Shown in pieces: positions 52,790-64,000 of a stretch of DNA of 64,000 nt (position 1 is the first letter of the stretch; the number at the start of each line of letters is the position of its first letter). Where the stretch lies: NCBI GenBank assembly GCA_951406725.2, contig OX597835.1:20646001-20710000 (forward strand), written 5' to 3'. The notes below the pieces were generated by a model. It saw only the letters and a program-made list of their open reading frames with translations, ran no database searches and had not been told where the DNA came from. The translations under genes and the position numbers were made by a program. The DNA is from Octopus vulgaris. Lineage: Eukaryota.

Positions 52790-53244
52790 CAATAGTGATC
52801 CCATGAAGGAAAATTTCCTTGGTGAAATTTTCGACAATTTCCTTAAATGATTTGTCACAACGTTATTATATATTACGAGCAAAACGACCCCCGTCCAATG
52901 GACGGTGCTGCGTTGTCTAATATTTAAACTAAATTTTCTCAAAACAACATGTCCGACCGTCCCATAGGCCTCCCCTTTGAGAAACACTGATTTAACCTAA
53001 ATTTGAAACACCAGCAAAAGAAGAAATAAAGATAGACTTTTTTTCTATTCCAAAGAAAAACGATTTTATTCACTTTATCGATCGCATTCTCGCCTGGAAT
53101 CGATTTTTGTAATTTTTTCAAGACTTATACACGCCCTGACACAGTCGGTATCTACATATCAAATTTGAGCGCAATTGAATGGAGGATGCCCGAGATCCTA
53201 GAAGACACACACACAGACAGACAGAACGGATTTTATATTATAGA
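52790..53244 (-). mobile_element. Probable Helitron-like element, family H3 (3' end not resolved)
   Basis: Minus strand starts TCTATAATATAAAATCCGTTCTGTCTGTCTGTGTG, the same style of 5' end as H1 and H2. Left boundary uncertain. Confidence 0.5.
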
Positions 53245-53607
53245 CTAGCACTATGACCTGGCGTTGCCGGGTCATAGTGCTAGTGCATGCATATACAGCT
53301 GCGTGCGTGCGCACATACACGCGAGTACTGTCCAAATCTCCGACCAATCACATACAGCTAGCTGGCATGCAATTGGCGTATCAAGTTTCATGCATTTTGA
53401 TTGGGTTTTGGATAGGAAATTCACAAAAAAGTCACTTCTATTGATTTTTAATGGCTTTGCGGGTTGACTTGGGAAATGTAAAGATGTGCACGACCACCCT
53501 TGGATGGTTTTAAATGACTATAGAAAGTGCGAGCCCACTAACTGAAAAATTGTGGATTTGTATAAAGGACACACACGCAGACATTTTGCCGTTTATATAT
53601 ATATAGA
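53245..53607 (-). mobile_element. Non-autonomous Helitron, family H2
   Basis: Minus strand A|TCTATATATATATAAACGGC start; end ...GACCCGGCAACGCCAGGTCATAGTGCTAG|T. Confidence 0.8.
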
Positions 53608-54173
53608 TTATTATTATTATAACATAGTAAACTGATAGCAGTGCGAACCAGTTAAAGCCGAGATTTTCTAAACGTGTAATGTATTATTTTTCATTTAATT
53701 TTTACCGAATTATCATAGAGCAGTAAACTGTATATTCACTGACGTTCTTAAACAGCAACAAGATATTTCAACCAAATTTTTAACAAGTCTGGAAGCAAGA
53801 TATAATTTAATAAACGAATACCTGTAAAAGTGCTGTTTATATTCAATTTTATATCATTCAATATTACCGTCTTTATACTTGCAATGTCATCCTTTTAAAG
53901 TTTCAGCTTTAACATCCGGCTGCACACAGCCATTCAACAATAGTCGCTTGCATGACAAACACCGTATTCACACATACAAACACAATAATAAAAAAATCAA
54001 GTCAGAAGCGGTAGTAAATAACCGATGTGTGCGTGTGTGTGTGTGAGTTTGTAGACACACAAACGTTTCTATATGATACACACACGTATATAAATGCATG
54101 CACAATATATAAAAAGATGTATATACTGAGAGAGAGAGAGAGAGAGAGAGAGAGGTGTTTATATATGTACATA

Positions 54174-54217
<44 letters not shown>

Positions 54218-54489
54218 ACATTTTATATACACACATACATGTGTTTGTGTGGAAAGAGAGAAAAAGAGAGATAGGAGACATTGAGTTTATTCATTTTACT
54301 GTTTCTTCCTAAAGTTACATTGTATTTATTCTACACAATGCTCACCATTTCAACTGATTCCAGTCACTGATGCGAATCCATTGCAGCAAATAATTGCCAT
54401 TTATAACATGTCTTCCGAAAACAACTTGATAATACGAAATGAAAGGAGGCAGATGCTTCAAAGGAACACAAAGTAAGAATGCCGAAATA

Positions 54490-55125
<636 letters not shown>

Positions 55126-56022
55126 GCAACAAGACGAGTAAGGGGGATTAGGTTATGGTCTAGGGCCTAGGGGCGGGAGACCCCAGACTTTGGAAAAAAA
55201 AAACTTTGGTCGTCTTGTTGTAGTCGAGGGCTCTTCGTTGACGCCCGACGCCACTGGGAGGTGACCTTCGAAGTCGCTGGAAATGGAGATCTCCAGGTCC
55301 AAATTCTTGAACCGCTGCTGTTGCTGCTGCTAATACTGCTGAGTCTACTACGTGTTGAACGGAATGTCCTGTTGTTTTCCTTCTTTACCTTCAAGTTTCA
55401 AATCAGGACAGTACAAAGTTTTGACTTTTATACCTCCTGTGTCAATAAAAGTGAGGTGCCAGTTATATACTCGGGCCGACATTATTGTCGATCACACCAC
55501 CCTTGAAACGGCGCTGTTCCTGCACGTAAATTACAAATATTTAATACTGGAGGGACGGGAAAATGCCTTGTAGTATCTATGCCAGTTCTTTATATTTGAA
55601 CTGAAATTACTTCGTGGTCAACTTCAGCTTCCACAGCTCTAGGCTCGCTAAAATGCAATACTATTCAAGTACCTCTATCAACCACTTCCCTTAAATTGCT
55701 AGCTTTGTACCTAAACCTGAAATATTTCATTTTAATTGCGTCTTCTAATCTGCTAACCATTCCTCCTGCCTTACAGCAGAAAAGCATACTGTTGGTACAT
55801 GATGGTGCATCTACTTCTGCCTAAATGACTGTCTAATCTGGTCTTCGTAGTCTTTCAGCAACAATGATGACCCATACATATTCCATTAACTGGAAACCGG
55901 TCTTTGAGCCTAGGCATTCCGTTTCCAGACACGTAGCTTCAAATTTTGTTATCGAAAAATACCAAATAATCGACATCAGACAACATTCCGTATTCACTCG
56001 TATGTAAAAAAAAAAATTCATA

Positions 56023-56437
56023 TAGGCGCAGGAGTGGCTGTGTGGTAAGTAGCTTGCTAACCAACCACATGGTTCTGGGTTCAATCCCACTGCGTGGCAT
56101 CTTGGGCAAGTGTCTTCTGCTATAGCCCCGGGCCGACCAATGCCTTGTGAGTGGATTTGGTAGACGGAAACTGAAAGAATCCTGTCGTATATATGTATAT
56201 ATATATATATGTATGTGTCTGTGTGTTTGTGTGTCTGTGTTTGTTCCCCTAGCATTGCTTGACAACCGATGCTGGTGTGTGTTTACGTCCCCGTCACTTA
56301 GCGGTTGGCAAAAGAGACCGATAGAATAAGTACTGGGCTTACAAAGAATAAGTCCCGGGGTCGATTTGCTCGACTAAAGGCGGTGCTCCAGCATGGCCGT
56401 AGTCAAATGACTGAAACAAGTAAAAGAGTAAAAGAGT
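56023..56437 (+). mobile_element. SINE family A
   Basis: Full-length copy. Confidence 0.85.
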
Positions 56438-57721
56438 ATAGATTACCATGAAGTCGATAAACTGTAGCTTTTTTTAGTCTTCAGATTTGTACATTCAAAA
56501 ATCCTGTTGGTAGTTGTCAAAATAGTTTCGGGTGGATTTGCAACAAGAGGCCTTACTTCCTTATCGCTTATTTGAGATTTGAAACGATCCCAGCACACGT
56601 CAAAAATTGTCATTGCAGTCGCCTAATACTGGACAGGATATTTCCAACAGTGTATCAGTAACCAAACAAAAAAAATGTTAAATATTTGCGATAGTACTCG
56701 TATCTCAAGAAGCCTGATCTCACTGAATGCTATCATTGCTACGCCCAGTGACCTGAAATTCTTGTGCAGACTAGGTATATTTATACAATCTAATATAAGT
56801 ACAGGTATATCGATCGTAGGAAATAAGTGAGAAGGTACAGAAATTGAAATGTGGAGTAAGCCTTGTTTATTTAGTCTCCTCAACTGTGGGAACTGCTTTG
56901 AAAGATCTTTTCCAAAGTTTATTGTCCGTTCTGTCACAAAATTCCTGAGAATTCTCACTGCAGTTTTCAGTAGGTCTGCGTTTATGGTTTCGGCAGATTA
57001 TTTTGCCTCCTACTTCAGTCAATGATTTCCCATTGTTGTATTTTTGTTCTTCATTCTATAGACGTCATCAAGTCCTTGTTTCTATTTCCAACAGCAAAGT
57101 TGCCGAGTGGTTTCTTTTTTTCCCTGTTCTGACTGGTGATTGAGGTGTAACAAACGGTATTGTTGTTGCATTTTATATACGTTTTCTTCCGTTTCCTTTG
57201 ATGTATTTACCGTGGTGGTTGTTATTGCATTTTTGTGGGAGCTGTAGTCGTTGTTATTGTTTTATATTTGCTACCGTTATAGTTCTTCATTGTTTCTGCT
57301 TGTTCAGTTATACCGTTAATGGTGTGTACGGACCCGATTGCATTTTTGATTGTCGCTATTGTCTTTTATTTTTTTTTTCATCTTCCTTTTGGTCAATTAT
57401 GTTTACGTAAGCCAGGAACGAACAGATTCGAATGAAAGGAAAATAACGTGCTTCTGTATTCATATTTATTGGTGAGATTGTTTGAAATGTAGTTGTATTA
57501 TTCCAGTTGCCGTTTCTTACGTCATCATTCATTTATACTACCGACTTAACAAACGTATGTCCAAGAACGGCATGGTAATATTATTCTCTTAAATGCACAC
57601 TAATACTTTGATCAAGGTATACATTTGGTTTTGTATTTGGAAGCTTCGTGTCTCTTTTTTCCTCCTCTCTCAACATTGTGTATTTCTGTCTTTATAATTA
57701 TTTAGAATACACCCACTCTCT

Positions 57722-57795
<74 letters not shown>

Positions 57796-58439
57796 CTGTA
57801 TGTATATATGTATGTATGTATTGTGTGTATGCATATATATATATTGAGAGAAAAAGAGAGAACGATATAGAATAGATGTGCGTCCTTGTATGTGTGTGCG
57901 TGAGAGAGAGAGAGAGAGAGAAAGGTAGAGAGAGAGAGAGATAGAGAGAGAGTGCGTACGTATACATACGCTTTTTTTATGCGTCTGTATGTTTGCCAGG
58001 AGATGAATAAAATTGACAACTTCAGAAAAGAATTGGATTTTGGAATGTGTAATATGAAAAGTGCTGAAAGGTGTCAATCACACTGTGGAGGGTAAAAGTG
58101 ACGGTGAATGCATTCAGAAGAATGTTCAAATAGAACAATAATTAGTGTAAACAAATCCAACGGTGATCAGTTCACAGAGTGATATCAACATTGTTTACAT
58201 ATTTAGATCTGCCTCTCTTTCGAAGTGTTGTCTATGATAAGAAATCAAGCTATCAGGCTGAGTAAAAAGTAAGCAACGTTTTGGACCATGAAGAATCTGT
58301 ACCGGGTTTTTGCAGGATTTTGAAAAGTTTTTACACGTTTTTCTTTTTTTTTCCGCAATTGTCTGATAATACAGACACAAACTTGCCCAAATGCATCAAT
58401 AAATTAACATTGATATTTTTTTCGCCGTTGTTACAATCA

Positions 58440-59532
58440 TCTGAATTGGAACTGTGTGAAAGCGCGATACTCGAGCAATTTTGCTATTCAACTTCAAAAA
58501 ATTACGTGAAGCCGCTGAAATTATTCACAGTGTCAACCAAGCGTTTAGTATGGAAATGAGTGGTCAGCTCGAAAATGGTTTAAACGATTTCGCAGTGGAG
58601 ACCTAAGCCTTGAAGATCGTGACCGTATTCGACGCCCAAGTGTCATTGATGACGGTCAATTAAAGACCGTCATTGAAAAATATCCTCGTAAAACCAGTCG
58701 AGAACTGGCAAAAGAACTTCAAGTTAGACAGAAAGCTGCCTACAACCATTTACAAGCGATCAGAAAATCAAAGAAGTTCGAAAAAAGTGTACCACCAATT
58801 TGAATGAAAATCAGAAAATGCGCAGATATGGAATTTGCTCGTCACTTCTTCGTAACCAGCCCGATCCATTTATCGAACGTACAGTAACTTGCGATGAAAA
58901 GTGGATTCTGTACAATAATAAAAAAAAAAACCTTCTTCGCAGTGGTTTGTTCCATAATGAAGCACTGAAAAAACTTCCCTAAACCCGAGCTCTTCAAAAA
59001 GAAAGTTATGATGACTGGTAGTGTACTCCTGGACTCATCCACTATAACTTCTTAAAACCAGGAAAACCATTACTGCAGAAACATATTGCCATGAAATTGC
59101 CAAAATGAAAGAAAAACTGCTACTCTTCCATCCCAGACTGGTCAACAGAAGAAGACCAATCATTCTCCATGACAATGCTCAATCACACGTTTCACTGATG
59201 AGGCTGCACACGTTGAAGGAACTTGGCTACGAAGTTTTTCCCCATCCAACTTATTCCCCAGACCTTTCTCTTACCGACTATTACTTCTCCAAGCACCTGT
59301 GAAAGAAGGAGTTCAAAAATCAAACCGATACTGAAAGTGAGTTCAAAGAGTTCATCAGCCCCAGAGCTCCAGATTTTTATGTTACCGAAATAAACAAACT
59401 TGATACTCGTTGGCAAAACTATGTTGATTGTAATGGTACTTACTTTGATGAATATAATTTCTGCATTGTTGAAATATATTGTGATGAATTTCATGTTTCA
59501 AAACATTGCTTCTTTTTAATCAGCCTGACATA
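58440..59532 (+). pseudogene. Decayed mariner (DD34D) transposon
   Basis: WFKRFRSGDLSLED, VTCDEKWILYNN, IILHDNAQSH, PHPTYSPDLSLTDYYFSKHL. Confidence 0.88.
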
Positions 59533-59604
59533 TGTAGATTATATGTCGTGTATATATACGTACACACTCGCGCGCACACATATTTGTGGAGAATCAGTAA
59601 CATC

Positions 59605-60500
59605 GTCCCAGTGCCAGTGGAGTATTAGCAACATCGTTCCAGAACCAAAGAATGGAGGTCTCTCTAACACCAACAACTACAGGGGGATATCACTGATGAC
59701 ACTAGTGGCTGACACGGGTACCATTATCGTAATTCTCTGGGAGATTCGCCGTAACAGAGAGTGTGACAACGCTGGCCCTATTGAGATACAGGCACTATTA
59801 AGTTTTGCCAGATAAGTGAAATGGAGCAAATTGAAATAAAGTATCTTGCTTAAAGTCACAACGCCCCGCCGGGAATGGAACTCGCGCTCTTTCGATCGCG
59901 AAACAAATACCCTAACCACTATGACACTCGCTTTCATATAAACACACACATGCACGCACCCACAGACACATAGACACAAGACCCTCAACAAGATAATTCT
60001 AAACAGCACACAAACCGTGATGGAGAAGAAGCTTAGGGACAATCTGAACGGCTTCAGAGAGGGAAGATCAACCACAGGCAAATTCTAATGCTGAGGAGGA
60101 TATTAGATGGAGCTAGAGCAAAGAGTCTTCCTGCTATCATGGTTTTCGTTGACTTTAGGGAGGCCTTTGATTCTCTGGACCTTCACTGACCGATGAAGAT
60201 ATTATAGGCTTATAGAAATCCCCAAATTGATAGTGGACCTGATATCACTGCTCTATACCAACAGCAGAGCCCAAGTCATAACACCTGATAGGATGACGAA
60301 ATTCTTTAAGATACTGGCAGGGTTGATTCAGGGAGATACATCGGCTCCCTACATTTTTATTATTGTGATGGACTATTGTATGCACTTTGCGTTAGAGAAA
60401 CACCAGTACTCTGGCTTTTCTGTAGCGCGGGCTTAGAGCAGGAAGGTCTGATATCTGATGCTGAATTTGCTGACGACATAGTTCTAGTGAAAAAACACAG
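59605..60500 (+). pseudogene. Decayed RTE-like reverse transcriptase fragment
   Basis: IVPEPKNG.LS..NNYRGISL, NGFREGRST, VFVDFREAFDS, GLIQGDTSAPYIFIIVMD, EFADDIVL; interrupted at ~59710-59975. Confidence 0.85.
59720..59930 (-). mobile_element. Old tRNA-derived SINE nested in the RTE fragment
   Basis: Minus strand AGTGGTTAGGG...GAGTTCCATTCC...GCGTTGTGACTTTAAGCAAGATACTT. Confidence 0.55.
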
Positions 60501-61119
60501 TGAAGGAGACGGTGACCAAAATTAAAGCATTGTTAGGTCTAAGGGACACTAGTCACTTCTCGGTCGTCATCAGTTAATTGGGTCTGACAGCATGGTACGT
60601 TTTTTTTTAATCGCAGATCTTTGTAGTAGATATTAACTTTTGAGGTACCGTATAGAAATGTATATGATGGTACGCGCTAACACTCACGACTATATGAAAG
60701 TGTGTACTAATTTGCTCGTGATTAGTCACTTAACCTGTATGTTTCATACCATAATAAGGGTTTCCAAAATGGACTGCCATCCCTCAACATCATTAAGGTG
60801 TGAAATTCAAACGACTGATACCCAGCTCTTTCTTTCTGGTTTTTCTTTTAAGCCTTATTTTCTTCACTCTGTATGTCCTTTTCTTGCTACTGACCCTAGG
60901 TCTTTTCGTCATTTATTTCATTACCTTTAATTATTCATATATTCTCTTATTCACCTGAAATAACACAAGACTGTTCAGCCTATTTGTCTTTGGAATTTAG
61001 CTTTTTAATGGTCTCACTGACAAATTGTGCGTCTGTGTGTGTGCATGTATGTATGTAATCATCATTATTCTTAAACAGGAATGTTATTCGCAAAATTTTG
61101 GGGCAGTTAAGCCATTATT

Positions 61120-61402
<283 letters not shown>

Positions 61403-62404
61403 AACCGTTTGTGAGTGTATATACATGTGTGTGTATACTTATTCACCTTTATCGTGTACACGTGTGTCCATATCTCTCCGTGTGTGTGTGTGAGTGAGTT
61501 AGTGAGTGTGTGCGAATATATACATACATGCATACATAATAGATATAGATATATCAGAATACAGGATGATAATTATAGGTGACAGGGAATTATCGTGTCA
61601 TGCGTAGTTGAATATTCAAATAACTTTAGACGCATTATCGCAACAGAGCAGCTTTATGATAAAATAACTTAATGAATCGATTGTGGAAAATAAATGCTTC
61701 ATAATGAATGTATTATAGTATTTTATAACACCTGCTTGTTTTTTTCCCATATTTTCTAATGTAATATAAGAGGAACAGACCTTTGTGATTTCAATAGCGG
61801 AGTAGTAACGCACAGTTATAAGACATCAGGTTCTCTTAGAAAAATTTTGAAAGCACAGGTGTGATAATGAACGTTAATATATAAGCAGATATCTAAAATG
61901 TTTGGTATTACCACGTTAGGAATTCACAATGGAGAGGTGAGCGTATCTGTCAATGTATGTATGTATGTATGTGTGGGTGTGTGTGTTTATGTAAATATGT
62001 ATATGTGTGTATGCATTTCTTGTGAATATTTTAATATGTTTCTGTGTGAGTTGTTCTCGCTTTATACATTTTAATGGCCGCCCACGTAGAACAATCTCTT
62101 TGTTACACTCATTTCTTCCGTTTTCTCTTTCTCCTAACCCAAAGAAAGGCTAAAGCTGTAAACGTGGAGTGAGAAGACGCGGAAAAATATAATTTTTATC
62201 ACTACGAATACTCCAGTTATCTCTTTTTGTATAAATATTCTTCAATGACGCATACCAAACTGGTTCTTCTGACACATATTTCGCGACATTTATTTGCAAT
62301 TTCTGTTCTGACGAACTGCCGAATGTATGCATAGCTGACAACTGTGAAACTAAGAAACTTTGAATACATATTACTTTCTTGTAATACTCTAAATACAGAA
62401 ACAC

Positions 62405-62670
62405 GTACATATATATATATATATACATACATATACATACATACATACATATATACATATATATACATATATATATATATACATACATATATATACACAC
62501 ATATATATACATACATATATACATATATACAGATACATACATATATACATATATACGGATACATACATATATACATATATACAGATACATACATATTAAC
62601 ATATATACAGATACATACATATATACGTATATACATATACATATACATATATATATATATACATATATAC

Positions 62671-62745
<75 letters not shown>

Positions 62746-62758
62746 CATACATATATAT

Positions 62759-62807
<49 letters not shown>

Positions 62808-62898
62808 TATATACATATATACATATACATACATATATATATATACATATATACATATACATACATATATATATACATATATATATACATATATACAT

Positions 62899-62950
<52 letters not shown>

Positions 62951-63100
62951 GTACATATATATATATATATATATATACATACATACATATATACACATAG
63001 ATATATATACATACATAGATATATACATACACAGATAATTATATACACAAATATATATGCATACACATATATACATATATATATATATATACACACACAT
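62405..63100. repeat. Degenerate (TA)n/(TACA)n field
   Basis: Directly visible. Confidence 0.92.
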
Positions 63101-63735
63101 ACCTATTAGTTAGATAGATATAGATAGATAGATAAATGCATGCGTGTCTGAACATATATACACCTACCTACATACATAAATACTTTCATACACACATATA
63201 AACACATGCATATATTCACGTACTGTTTCTCCGTGAGGGCGATATTTTTTCACACCGGTAAATTTATGTTCGCCTTTCATTTGTGCTTCTTTTATATTCT
63301 TGTGAAGAACGGCTAAACCGTGCCCAAGATCACGGAGAAATCAATACAAAAGAAAACACAGACAACATACAGATATTATAGAATACTTAATTATAAATGC
63401 CATTTCATGCTTCATATGTAACATGATTTATCACCCACTCAATAAGAGTGAAAAGGCGAAGTAAATTTGCAACCGGAAGGAGGAAAGAAAGAGGCGAAGA
63501 AATGATAAAACAATACAGTTGCTGACAGGAAATAAACCTCAATCTGAATCAGAGGAGATAATCGTACTGAGATGTTTCTTTCCAACTTTAAATCTTTAAC
63601 ACTGTTAACAAGAATTTAGACGTCCCTTACCTTGCATGAGAATAAACCTATAGAGCGTTAGATAATCCGGTAATCTCAAAGAATAAGACAGGCTGCACTA
63701 TGCTATACGATCCCTTCGTTCTATACACAATGCTT

Positions 63736-64000
63736 GTTTCTTTTATTGCCCGCAAGGGGCTAAACATAGAGGGGACAAACAAGGACAGACATAGGTATTA
63801 AGTCGATTACATCGACCCCAGTGCGTAACTGGTACTTATTTAATCGACCCCCGAAAGGATGAAAGGCAAAGTCGACCTCGGCGGAACTTGAGCTCAGAAC
63901 GTAACGGCAGACGAAATACGGCTGAGCGTTTCGCCCGGCGCGCTAACGTTTCTGCCAGCTCACCGCCTTATACCTATTTCTTTATTACCCACAAGGGGCT
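63736..64000 (-). mobile_element. SINE family C copy (63736-63968) plus the tail of an adjacent copy running off the window
   Basis: Reverse-complement family C sequence. Confidence 0.8.

Noticed and set aside
62300-62365. CTGACGA...GAAAC motif
   Set aside because: Stem II is weak and there is no UH cleavage site after stem III.
62150-63100. Long ORFs (316, 271, 218 aa) and similar YI/CV/HT-rich ORFs across the window
   Set aside because: Translations of (TA)n/(CA)n microsatellites, which lack stop codons; not genes.

Overview
AT-rich, repeat-saturated eukaryotic non-coding DNA. The SINE and microsatellite content suggests an octopus/cephalopod genome (inference). No intact host protein-coding gene can be supported; almost all ORF-track entries are translations of (TA)n/(CA)n/(AAT)n/(GATA)n tracts or SINE sequence. 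The window holds: three abundant tRNA-derived SINE families; decayed Tc1/mariner transposons (DD34D, DD34E, DD37D); RTE and R4/Dong-type non-LTR fragments, the latter at (TAA)n tracts; and non-autonomous Helitrons. The most interesting feature is a set of (TA)n-inserted, non-coding, Penelope-pLTR/retrozyme-like elements carrying type I hammerhead ribozymes. The best example is at 6608-8608: three apparently identical 545-bp tandem units, each with a minus-strand hammerhead, plus an inverted partial arm with a fourth hammerhead on the plus strand. A second, unrelated hammerhead with a ~100-nt stem II region lies at 2547-2674. All assignments were read by eye; nothing was computed or searched.
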